DNA from: an uncultured Eubacteriales bacterium
GTDB lineage: Bacteria; Bacillota; Clostridia; Oscillospirales; CAG-272
Direction: 5' to 3'
NCBI GenBank assembly: GCA_934385225.1
Contig: CAKRPQ010000003.1
Span: 1 to 58,405, forward strand
Length of the DNA: 58,405 nucleotides
Position 1 is the first letter of the stretch. Every line of letters starts with the position of its first letter. The translations under genes were made by a program, and so were the position numbers. Shown here in pieces: positions 8,399-16,791 of this stretch. The notes under the pieces were generated by a model. It searched no databases. It was not told the DNA's origin and saw only the letters and a list, made by a program, of their open reading frames with translations.

Positions 8399-9205
8399 TC
8401 ACCTCTCCGCAAAATTTACTGTTTTTCCGCCCTCTATGACGAATTCCCTGCCGTTCTCCTTTGCGTAGACCGCTGTCGCCGACGGATTGTAAATCATCGT
8501 TCCGTCCGCCGAAATTTCAAGACGGCGCATCGCGGTCACATAGTCGCAGATTTCGATGTTCGTCGCATACCACACGTCCTCCATGCCGCTCGCCTCGGCG
8601 CAGAATTTTTCGATCCTGTCCCAGTTCCCGTTTCTGTCGAGGTCGTGGCTGTGTCCCCAGACGTACATCAGCGACATACGGTGCGCGCCCGTCAGATTTT
8701 TGAAGTTTTCAAGCAGTTCGAAAAGCGCCGGATTGTCGTGGTGACAGGTCGGATTCCATATCATAAAATCGTCGGGAAGATGGAAGCTCTTTGTCGTGTT
8801 TGTCGTCCTCGAATACTTCATTCCGATCGCGCGCAAAATCTTTACCGCGTCGCCCGTCCATGCGCCGTAAGGGTACGACATTCCGCGTACAATGTACCCG
8901 CACGCCTTTTCGAGCGTTTCCCTGTCGCGGTAGATTTCGTTCACAAATGCCGCCGTCGGTATTCTGTCGGGGTGGAAGTGAGACACCGTGTGACAGGAGA
9001 CCTCGTGATTTCGGTAGAGCGTCGGGATCTCCGCTTCCGTGATCGCCCAGTCGTCGCCGAAACGCCCCGAATTTAAGTGGAATGTGCCTCTTATACCGTA
9101 TCTGTCGAAGATTTCGACGAGCTTTCTGTCGTATTTTGCACCGTCGTCGTAGCTCATCGTCAGAGCTTTCGGCTTGAAATCCTTGAAATAATATTCGATT
9201 TTCAT
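8399..9205 (-). CDS. polysaccharide deacetylase family protein (CE4), cytoplasmic
   Basis: LTMSYDDGAKYDRKLVEIFDRYGIRGTFHLN is a NodB-like N-terminus. There is no signal peptide. It lies 1 nt downstream of the GH26 gene. Confidence 0.75.
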   Translation of the reverse strand: MKIEYYFKDFKPKALTMSYDDGAKYDRKLVEIFDRYGIRGTFHLNSGRFGDDWAITEAEIPTLYRNHEVSCHTVSHFHPDRIPTAAFVNEIYRDRETLEKACGYIVRGMSYPYGAWTGDAVKILRAIGMKYSRTTNTTKSFHLPDDFMIWNPTCHHDNPALFELLENFKNLTGAHRMSLMYVWGHSHDLDRNGNWDRIEKFCAEASGMEDVWYATNIEICDYVTAMRRLEISADGTMIYNPSATAVYAKENGREFVIEGGKTVNFAER

Positions 9206-9206
9206 T

Positions 9207-11468
9207 TTATTTTCCCCTTAATCTTAATCCCGTAAAAATTTGCTTCATATCGTCAAGCGAAAGTATATCGGGCTTCTGCATAAGCTCGTTCAGCTTGCCC
9301 GCTTTCGGGAACGAGTTCTCCGTCGTCCAGGTGAGGACGTAGGTCAGCTTCATGCCCTTATCGTACATCTTGTGAAAGTCCTCGTAGGACGCGATAGAAT
9401 CGAGTTTGCCGCCCGAACCGCCGTATTCCGTAAGCGCAGTCGGTTTTCTGTGATCCATCATCGTGAAATACGCGTTCGAGTCGCTGTCGATTTCAAAATT
9501 TCCGCTTGTGTACCAGTCAAGCCCCGTCATATCGACGTATTCGTCTCCCGGATAGGCGTAATCGACGTCGACGAGACTGCCCGTGTCGTTGTTCGGCGAG
9601 TAGACCCAGATGAGGTTTTTGAGACCGAGTTCATCTACATAATAATTATACACATATTCCCACACGGCATGGAAAGTGCGCGAGTCAATGATGTCGTCGC
9701 CCTGCTTTACGCAGAACCAGAACCAGCCGCCGTTCATTTCATGGAACGGTCGCCAGAGAATCGGAACGTCGTTGCCCATAAGGTCGCGCAAAAACTTTGC
9801 GTTGACGGTAAGTTCCTCCTTGAAGAAAGCGTTCAGCTCGTCGCCGTCCGTTATGAGTCTTTCCCACATATCGTCCATGCCGAGATTCCCGCGGCATGAG
9901 CCGCCCGCGGCACCGAGAGGATTCGCAAAGTGGGACGACGCCGTCACGACACCGCCCGCACGAACGTAGTCGATTACGGACTTCGTGAAATTTAACTTGT
10001 ATTCGTCGCTCGCGTCCATCAGCTGCGCGCCGTAGCAGGCGAGATCCATGCCGATAATCGACGGCTCTTTGCCCGACTCCTTTTTGTAGAATCCGCGCAC
10101 GTCGGAGGCGTATGCGCCGACGTTTATTTCCTCGCCGACCATCAGCTTTCCGTTGTCGTTATAAATGTCGGTGAGGACTTTTAACAGCTCGTCCCTTGTG
10201 TAGCGCACGTCGCCCGTCGGCATTTTGCCCGAAACGAAATCGAGCGTCGTTCCGACGGCGGACGTAAAGACGGTCAGAATTTTGCCGCCCGCGGTTCTGA
10301 ACCTTATGTATCCGCGGAAAACGACGTTTTTTGCGCCTCTTTCGGCGCCCTTTTCGTACCCGACGGCGCTTACGGCAAAGCTCTGAGTGCCGCCATTCGG
10401 CACGCCGAGTGTCTTGCCGATTTTGGAGCCGTCCTCGTAAATTTTTATCCTGTGACTTGCCTTTTCCTCGGTGAAATCGTCAAGGGCGTATTCGGAAAGC
10501 CCCGCAATCACGCCGACCTCCGTTATTTCGCTTCTGTCAAGCCCCGAAAACGAAAATATCGCGCGCAGAGCCGATTTTTCGCCGTCCGCCGCCTCAAATC
10601 CCGAAAAACCGAGAACGGGAAGCGCGTAGAGAGTCGTGTTCCTATAAATGTTCGTGTCGTAGTCGAAGAGGTTTTTGCATTCCATGTCGGTATAGAGCAG
10701 AACCGCCTCGCCCGCTCTTCCCGTTTCGGGTGGCAGACACATTCCGTCCGTGAGTGCGCGGTATTCGTAGATGTTTCCCGACGTGTCAAGGATAGTTACC
10801 GTTACGCTGTCCTCTCTCTCCTCGAACGCAAGCCCGTTTGCATCGGCGAATTTTTTCGCGTTTCCGTCTGCGTCGCCGTAAATTGCGGTAATGCCCGACG
10901 GAAGATCGTCCTTTTTCGGCAGAACGTCCTCGCCTTCGTAGGAATGAGCCTTTGCCGAGAGGCGCAGAGATTTTATCGCCGTTCCCGTAAGAATGTGCTT
11001 GTTTATCCGAGAGACATTGCGCAGATCTGCCATGCCCTCAAATCTGCCGTACTGCCGCACATAGATCGTTTCGAGCGCTTCGCAGCCGTCAAAAGCGTAG
11101 CCGTCTATCTGGTTTACGCCCTTCGTCATCGCGACCTCGGTCAGATTTTTGCAGTCGCGGAAGGCATTGTTCGATATTTTGGAAAATCTGCCTTCGAGAA
11201 CGACTTTTTTTATCTTGTCGTTGTAGTCCGACCACGCGCCGTACTTTTTGTAGTCGTCCTGACCCGTTCCCGTCTCGTTGTAGCCGTTTGTGCGCGACGT
11301 TATCGTCAGAACGCCCGTCTCGGTGTCAAAGGTCCAGTCGTTGTCGACGATAGTAGACCCTTTGTAGTCGTACTTTATCCCGCCCTTTACCGTCTCGGCG
11401 TGCGCGGAGAGTGTAAAAACGGCAAACAGCGCGGCGGTGACAAGCGCGGCTCTTAAAAATCCTTTCAT
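9207..11468 (-). CDS. secreted multidomain protein: BspA-type leucine-rich repeats + unknown middle region + C-terminal GH26 domain
   Basis: The signal peptide is MKGFLRAALVTAALFAVFTLSAHA. The LRR_5-like repeats read ISNNAFRDCKNLTEV..IDGYAFDGCEALETIYV. The C-terminal region has the GH26 motif LWRPFHEMNGGWFWFC. Confidence 0.8.
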   Translation of the reverse strand: MKGFLRAALVTAALFAVFTLSAHAETVKGGIKYDYKGSTIVDNDWTFDTETGVLTITSRTNGYNETGTGQDDYKKYGAWSDYNDKIKKVVLEGRFSKISNNAFRDCKNLTEVAMTKGVNQIDGYAFDGCEALETIYVRQYGRFEGMADLRNVSRINKHILTGTAIKSLRLSAKAHSYEGEDVLPKKDDLPSGITAIYGDADGNAKKFADANGLAFEEREDSVTVTILDTSGNIYEYRALTDGMCLPPETGRAGEAVLLYTDMECKNLFDYDTNIYRNTTLYALPVLGFSGFEAADGEKSALRAIFSFSGLDRSEITEVGVIAGLSEYALDDFTEEKASHRIKIYEDGSKIGKTLGVPNGGTQSFAVSAVGYEKGAERGAKNVVFRGYIRFRTAGGKILTVFTSAVGTTLDFVSGKMPTGDVRYTRDELLKVLTDIYNDNGKLMVGEEINVGAYASDVRGFYKKESGKEPSIIGMDLACYGAQLMDASDEYKLNFTKSVIDYVRAGGVVTASSHFANPLGAAGGSCRGNLGMDDMWERLITDGDELNAFFKEELTVNAKFLRDLMGNDVPILWRPFHEMNGGWFWFCVKQGDDIIDSRTFHAVWEYVYNYYVDELGLKNLIWVYSPNNDTGSLVDVDYAYPGDEYVDMTGLDWYTSGNFEIDSDSNAYFTMMDHRKPTALTEYGGSGGKLDSIASYEDFHKMYDKGMKLTYVLTWTTENSFPKAGKLNELMQKPDILSLDDMKQIFTGLRLRGK

Positions 11469-11593
11469 TTTTTTCCCTCTCTTTTTTTGTGTTTTACAAA
11501 AACAAGTTTACAATATAATAGGGGAAAAGTCAAGCGAAAATCGGCGAAAAAATAATTTTATCGTGCAAAAACGAAATTTTTTCCTCAAAACAC

Positions 11594-11622
11594 TTGACAA
11601 ACGGATATGTCTCCGATATAAT
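11594..11622 (+). promoter_or_regulatory. SigA-type promoter of rpmH
   Basis: TTGACA (11594-11599), 17-nt spacer, TATAAT (11617-11622). Confidence 0.75.
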
Positions 11623-11700
11623 ATAGGGTGTCATTGTGTAAAAGCGTAAAAGGCTTTCAAAGCAACACGCTTCCGATAATAGTATAAGGAGGTGCATATA

Positions 11701-11835
11701 ATGCTCAGAACATACCAGCCTAAAAAGAGACAGAGAAAGAAAGAGCATGGTTTCAGAAAGAGAATGAAGACTGCCGACGGCAGAAACGTACTCAAAAGAA
11801 GACGTGCCAAGGGCAGAAAGAGACTCACATACTGA
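11701..11835 (+). CDS. rpmH: 50S ribosomal protein L34
   Basis: It translates to [44 protein letters not shown] (44 aa). The AAGGAGG RBS lies 8 nt upstream. It is absent from the ORF track because it is under 60 aa. Confidence 0.95.
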   Translation: MLRTYQPKKRQRKKEHGFRKRMKTADGRNVLKRRRAKGRKRLTY

Positions 11836-11867
11836 TTCTCGCCAAAACGTCTTTTTAATCATAAAAC

Positions 11868-11918
11868 CACCGATGTCCTGTGTCGCGGTCTGCCGCAAAT
11901 ACGGAGATCGGGGTTTTT
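11868..11918 (+). terminator. putative terminator/attenuator between rpmH and rnpA
   Basis: The imperfect long hairpin (caccgatgtcc ... ggagatcgggg) is followed by TTTTT. Confidence 0.45.
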
Positions 11919-12001
11919 GATATTCGGAACAAATTTATTTTTAAGAAAAACAGTAAAAAAGCAATGACGGAAGCGACCTCACGGAGGAGGATTTTCAGAA
12001 G

Positions 12002-12457
12002 TTGAAAAATGTTGCGATAAAGGAGCATCATCTTTATTCAAAGGCATACGCAAAGGGCAGTAAGTTCACGGGCAGACAGATAGCTGTTTTTGCCCTGCGC
12101 GACTACGCCGCAAAGCGTATAATGCTCGCAAACCCCGCAAAGAAGTACTTAAACCGCCTCGGAATATCCGTGACGAAAAAGTACGGAAAGGCGCATGAGA
12201 GAAACCGCGCAAAGCGCATAATAAGAGAAGCATACCGAGCCGTCGAAAAGGACGGGAGCGTGTTTCTTCACCGCGGATTTCTCGTCGTTATCGCCGCAAG
12301 AGAAGGTCTGCACGGCGCAAAGGAAGCAGATGTCGAACGCGAGCTTCGCTACGCGCTTGCAAAAATAGGACTGCTCGACAGGCGTAAAGACGCGCCGGGC
12401 GAAGATGATGTAAAAACCAAATCCGAAACGAAAAACGAAGCCGAAACGGAAAAATGA
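12002..12457 (+). CDS. rnpA: ribonuclease P protein component
   Basis: It is a basic protein directly after rpmH, with the segment [11 protein letters not shown]...[27 protein letters not shown]. The TTG start is uncertain. Confidence 0.8.
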   Translation: MKNVAIKEHHLYSKAYAKGSKFTGRQIAVFALRDYAAKRIMLANPAKKYLNRLGISVTKKYGKAHERNRAKRIIREAYRAVEKDGSVFLHRGFLVVIAAREGLHGAKEADVERELRYALAKIGLLDRRKDAPGEDDVKTKSETKNEAETEK

Positions 12458-12711
12458 AGTACATCTGTATAGCCCTTATCCGCTTTTACCGAAAATTCAT
12501 ATCGCCGCTTAAACGAAACCCGACGTGCAGGTTTACACCGACCTGCTCGGCCTACGCTCTCGAAGCGTTTACAAAACGAGGATTTTTCGTCGGTCTTGCG
12601 CTTACCTGTTGGCGCGTGCTCCGCTGCAACCCTTTTTGCGCGGGCGGATATGACCCTGTTCCCGAAAAAAAGAAGCGGGAACCGAAAAAACGAAAAACGG
12701 GGAACGATTGA
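12454..12711 (+). CDS. yidD: membrane protein insertion efficiency factor YidD
   Basis: [12 protein letters not shown]...[14 protein letters not shown]...RCNPF..GGYDPVP is the YidD signature. It overlaps the rnpA stop by 4 nt. Confidence 0.9.
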   Translation: MKYICIALIRFYRKFISPLKRNPTCRFTPTCSAYALEAFTKRGFFVGLALTCWRVLRCNPFCAGGYDPVPEKKKREPKKRKTGND

Positions 12712-12764
12712 ACTCTCGGTTTTCGGAAACGAAAGCACTTTGAAACTATCCCAATATTAAGGAA

Positions 12765-13985
12765 GTGATTAAGATTATTGACAAGATACTGACATGGATA
12801 GGTCAGCTTCTCGGCGCATTCGACGATTTTACGGGCAACTATATGCTCGCGATGCTTATCTTCGCGCTTATAGTCGAAATTCTGCTTCTCCCCTTTGCGA
12901 TAAAACAGCAGAAAAATATGATAAAACAGGCAAAGCTCCGCCCGAAGGAAATGGCGATCCGAGGTAAGTACAAGGGTCGCGACGACGCCGCAACAAAACA
13001 GAAAATGCAGCAGGAAATCACGGAATTTTATCAGAAGGAGAACTTCAACCCGATGGGCGGCTGTCTCCCGCTTCTGCTCCAAATGCCGATAATTCTTGCT
13101 CTCTATCAGATCATCATCAATCCGCTTAAATACGTTGTCGGGTTCAGCACCGATCAGGTGAAGCAGATACTCGAAGTCATCACGCAGAACGTCGATGCGA
13201 CAGTCGCAAAGACGCTTAACGCAACGCAGACGATACCCCTTATCGACCAGATAAGAGAGATAGGCGTCGAGGCGTTTTCGGGTATTGCGGGATTTGCCGA
13301 TAAGGTGCCGACAGTCGATGCTCTTCCGAGCTTTTCGGCGTTCGGCGTGAACCTCGGTATCGTTCCGAGAGACGGTAAGCCTCTTTACCTCTGGCTGATC
13401 GTCCCCGTTCTCGTTTACGCGTTCCAGCTCGTTTCGACGAAGCTCATGCGTAAGTTCACCTATCAGGCACCGTCCGCACAGGACGCGAATATGGGTTGCT
13501 CCAATAACGTTATGGACTACACCATGCCGCTTATGAGTGCGTATTTCGCATTCGTTCTTCCCGCCGCCGTCGGCGTTTACTGGATATTCAAGAATATCAT
13601 CACCTTTGTCAAGCAGGTCGTTCTCGCAAAGCTTATGCCTATGCCCGTCTTTACCGACGCGGATTATAAGGCTGCCGAAAAGGAAATGAACGCGAAAGCA
13701 CCGAAAACGGGCGGAAACGTTAAGGTAGGTTCAAGCGGAAAAGTCGTTCGTTCCCTGCACCACATAGACGATGAAGACTATGAGGACACGAGAGAAGCCG
13801 CGCTCGCGCGTAAAAAGGCACTCGAAGAGGCGGAGGAAAAGGAAAAAGCCGAAAAGGAAACAAAGAAAAAACTCTCCTCGGCTCTCATGAAGGACGAAAG
13901 CGACAAAAAGACGCCGAAAAAGGCGGATAATGATAAAAAGGACGATTCCGCCGAAGTCAAGAAAGACAATAACGAAGAAAAATAA
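12765..13985 (+). CDS. yidC: YidC/Oxa1-family membrane insertase with Lys/Glu-rich C-terminal tail
   Basis: The motifs are LLPFAIKQQKNM and NPMGGCLPLLLQMPIILALYQ. The position after yidD fits. The GTG start is tentative. Confidence 0.85.
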   Translation: MIKIIDKILTWIGQLLGAFDDFTGNYMLAMLIFALIVEILLLPFAIKQQKNMIKQAKLRPKEMAIRGKYKGRDDAATKQKMQQEITEFYQKENFNPMGGCLPLLLQMPIILALYQIIINPLKYVVGFSTDQVKQILEVITQNVDATVAKTLNATQTIPLIDQIREIGVEAFSGIAGFADKVPTVDALPSFSAFGVNLGIVPRDGKPLYLWLIVPVLVYAFQLVSTKLMRKFTYQAPSAQDANMGCSNNVMDYTMPLMSAYFAFVLPAAVGVYWIFKNIITFVKQVVLAKLMPMPVFTDADYKAAEKEMNAKAPKTGGNVKVGSSGKVVRSLHHIDDEDYEDTREAALARKKALEEAEEKEKAEKETKKKLSSALMKDESDKKTPKKADNDKKDDSAEVKKDNNEEK

Positions 13986-14005
13986 TTAAAACGGAGTTTA
14001 CTATC

Positions 14006-14668
14006 GTGAAAAAGGAAATAACCGTAAGTGCAAAGACAGTAGATGAAGCACTTGAAAAAGCAGTTTCGGAGCTCGGCGCACCTTCAAAGGACGCGCTCGG
14101 TTATACCGTTCTCGAAGAGGCGAAAAAGGGTCTTTTCGGAATAGGCGGTTCGCCCGCAAAGGTGCTTGTGACTTATGAAACGCCGAGCGTCGGCGCAGAT
14201 GCCGCTCTCGACTTCATAAACGACCTCGTTTCGAATATGAAGCTCGACGCAACCGTCGATATGAAGGACGGCGAGGCCGGTGACCACGTTATCAGCATAA
14301 ACGGCGAAAGCGCGGGCATTCTTATCGGACACCACGGCGATACGCTCGATTCGATACAGTACCTCGCAAGCCTTGCCGCAAACAAAAAGGTCGGCGGCGA
14401 AAAGCAGGACTATGTGAAGATTACGATCGACATCGAAAATTACCGCGCAAAGAGAGAGGAGTCTCTCCGTAAGCTCGCTCATAATATGGCATCGAAGGTG
14501 CTTAAATATAAGAAGAGCGTAATGCTTGAACCGATGAACCCCTACGAGAGACGCATAATCCACTCGGAGGTTCAGGGTATAGAGGGCGTTTCGACAAACT
14601 CTATCGGCGCGGAGAATAACCGCAGAATTGTCATCTATCTTTCGGATAAGAAGAGCGACGAGGAATAA
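14006..14668 (+). CDS. jag: Jag/KhpB RNA-binding protein (Jag_N, KH, R3H)
   Basis: The N-terminal Jag_N-like segment is followed by the R3H motif LEPMNPYERRIIHSEV. It shows conserved synteny after yidC. Confidence 0.85.
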   Translation: MKKEITVSAKTVDEALEKAVSELGAPSKDALGYTVLEEAKKGLFGIGGSPAKVLVTYETPSVGADAALDFINDLVSNMKLDATVDMKDGEAGDHVISINGESAGILIGHHGDTLDSIQYLASLAANKKVGGEKQDYVKITIDIENYRAKREESLRKLAHNMASKVLKYKKSVMLEPMNPYERRIIHSEVQGIEGVSTNSIGAENNRRIVIYLSDKKSDEE

Positions 14669-14766
14669 TAAAAAGAGAAACGGGGAGCTTTTCGCTTTGG
14701 GAGGCTCCCCGATAGTGTAGGTTTTTGAAATGCTAAGGCTTTTGCCCGCTTCAAAGAGGAGGAAAT

Positions 14767-16173
14767 ATGAAGCTTCTTGTTAAGGATACCATTGCCGCCG
14801 TTTCGACGCCGCGGGGTAAGGGCGGCGTTGCAATGATACGTATAAGCGGTACGGACGCACTCCCGCTCGCGGAGAAGGTGTTCTTCCCGAAAAACGGTAA
14901 GAAACTCTCCGAATGTACGGCGCGCACCGCGCTTTACGGCGAGATACGCGAGAAAAACGAAAACGGGGAGTCTGCCGCTATTGACGACGGCGTTGCGGTA
15001 ATTTATCGCGCTCCGCATTCGTTTACGGGCGAGGATACCGTCGAAATATGCTGCCACGGCGGCGTTCTGCTCACCGAAAAGGTGCTTGAAGCGTGTTTCA
15101 CCGCGGGCTGCCGCCCCGCAGAGGCGGGTGAATTTACAAAACGCGCATTTATTGCGGGCAAGATGACCCTTTCGCAGGCGGAAAGCCTCGGAAATCTGCT
15201 CGAAGCAAAGACCGAAGCGCAGCTTATGCTCTCGCGCGGAGGTATGAACGGCAGACTTGCGACCGAGATAGGCGAAATCTACGAGGGACTTAAAAATATT
15301 CTCGCGAGCGTCTATGCGAAAATAGATTTTCCCGATGAGGACCTTGCGTCGATGAGCGCGGACGAGGTGAAGTCTGCCGCCGAAAATATTAAGGCGCGTC
15401 TGAAAAAACTCGCGTCGACTTATCGCGCGGGACGGGCAGTCCGCGAGGGCATCAGAACCGTTATCTGCGGTGCGGCAAACGCGGGTAAAAGCTCGCTCTA
15501 TAACCGCATAGTCGGCAGAGAAGCCGCTATCGTCACAGATGTTGAGGGAACTACGCGCGATGTGCTCGAACAGACGGCGGCACTCGGCAAGGTGACGCTC
15601 CTCCTCTGCGATACGGCGGGACTTCGCGAGACAAACGATAAGGTCGAAATGATAGGAATTGACAGAACAAAGAACGCGATTTTGACAGCCGAGCTTGTGC
15701 TTGCCGTTTTCGACCTGACGCGCGGAATTACGGCGGAGGATAAGGCTCTTGTCGCGGAACTCGCAAAATCGGGTGCATGTAAGGTTGCCGTCCTTAATAA
15801 ATGTGATAAAAAGACGGCGGACGAGGGCGTTCCGAGCGAAATCTCGGAGAATTTCGAGAATGTCGTTACAGTTTCGGCACTGACGGGAGAGGGCTTTGAC
15901 GACCTTGTGCGTAAAGTCGAAGAGCTTTTCGATTGCGGAAAGACGAATCTTCTTTCGGACGCCGTTATCTGGGACGCGAGAAGATATTCCGCCGTCGTGC
16001 GGAGTACGGGCTGCCTTGAAAAGGCGTGTGAGGCACTTGAAATCGGACTTCCGTTCGACCTTGCGTCGTCCGACCTCGAAGAGGCGATGGAACTGCTCGG
16101 CGAACTTGACGGCAGAGGCGTTTCGGAGGATATAGTGAGGGAGATATTCTCGCATTTTTGTGTCGGAAAGTGA
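14767..16173 (+). CDS. mnmE: tRNA modification GTPase MnmE
   Basis: The motifs are DTIAAVSTPRGKGGVAMIRISG, the G domain GAANAGKSSLYN..DTAGLR..NKCD, and the C-terminal CVGK. Confidence 0.95.
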   Translation: MKLLVKDTIAAVSTPRGKGGVAMIRISGTDALPLAEKVFFPKNGKKLSECTARTALYGEIREKNENGESAAIDDGVAVIYRAPHSFTGEDTVEICCHGGVLLTEKVLEACFTAGCRPAEAGEFTKRAFIAGKMTLSQAESLGNLLEAKTEAQLMLSRGGMNGRLATEIGEIYEGLKNILASVYAKIDFPDEDLASMSADEVKSAAENIKARLKKLASTYRAGRAVREGIRTVICGAANAGKSSLYNRIVGREAAIVTDVEGTTRDVLEQTAALGKVTLLLCDTAGLRETNDKVEMIGIDRTKNAILTAELVLAVFDLTRGITAEDKALVAELAKSGACKVAVLNKCDKKTADEGVPSEISENFENVVTVSALTGEGFDDLVRKVEELFDCGKTNLLSDAVIWDARRYSAVVRSTGCLEKACEALEIGLPFDLASSDLEEAMELLGELDGRGVSEDIVREIFSHFCVGK

Positions 16174-16182
16174 GGAGACGGA

Positions 16183-16630
16183 GAACCCTTCCGCCGCTCG
16201 CTGCGCCCGCGCCTTTTGTGGAAGTTTTCGTCTCGCGCATTGTCGAAAGTTTTGGGTCTCGCCTTTGTTAAAAGTTTTTGGCTCGCCTTTGTTGAAAGTT
16301 TTCGGCTCGCCTTTGTTGAAAGTTTTGATCAACCTTTTACAAAAGTTTAGGTCAAGCCTTTTCAAAGGCTTGCGTGAGCCGCCGACGTCGGCGGTCGCCG
16401 TCCGCAGACGGCGAAATGATCTCGGCGTTTCTTTTTGTTAACTTTTTCTTTGCGCCTGTGGCATCAAAGAAAAAGTGGAGAACGGGACTGAATATCTTCA
16501 CGGCTGCAAAGAGGTGAACAACCCTACCGTCACTCGCTGCGCTCGTGCCACCTCCCCTTACCCACGAGGCAAGGGGAGGCAAAGGTGGAGGTGAAGTCTA
16601 ATAAAATCCAAGTATAAACTGCCCCGCCCG
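16183..16630 (+). repeat. modular hairpin-rich intergenic repeat, copy B (most complete)
   Basis: It starts 10 nt after the mnmE stop. It contains a partial terminal module (16184-16213), a tandem ~24-bp array, and the 16-bp palindrome ccgccgacgtcggcgg (16379-16394). Hairpins lie at 16396-16413, 16442-16475 and 16551-16579. The 3' tail resembles that of copy A. Confidence 0.8.
16218..16374 (+). repeat. degenerate tandem array (~24-bp period, about 6 units) inside copy B
   Basis: Units such as gaaagttttcggctcgcctttgtt follow each other head-to-tail, and two adjacent units are nearly identical. Copies A, C and D carry 2 such units and copy C' one. Confidence 0.8.
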
Positions 16631-16762
16631 AATTGTTACAAAACTTTCTTTCATTATTATATACCGCCATATATCCTGCCCCGTAAAAAGTCCCGAAAAT
16701 GACCGTTTATAATATTAAACAGGGTTTAATATTGCGCTATAATTACAGGTTGAAAAAACCTC

Positions 16763-16791
16763 TTGCCAAAAATAAGAAGGGGTGGTATTAT
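16763..16791 (+). promoter_or_regulatory. promoter of the S-layer gene
   Basis: TTGCCA (16763-16768), 17-nt spacer, TGgTATTAT extended -10 (16783-16791). Confidence 0.6.

Noticed and set aside
11469-11700. oriC / DnaA-box cluster upstream of rpmH
   Set aside because: I found no TTATCCACA or close variants on either strand, and no adjacent dnaA. The region is explained by two divergent promoters.
14635-16365. 576-aa ORF antisense to mnmE and extending into repeat B
   Set aside because: It overlaps the unambiguous mnmE gene throughout. It is Arg-rich with no recognisable domain, and its N-terminal part (KTFNKGEPKTFNKGEPKTFNKGE) is just the tandem repeat read in reverse.
16218-16374. Possible CRISPR array (regularly spaced repeats)
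   Set aside because: The units are directly adjacent (~24-bp period) with no unique spacers. They are degenerate, not conserved, and no cas genes are in the window.
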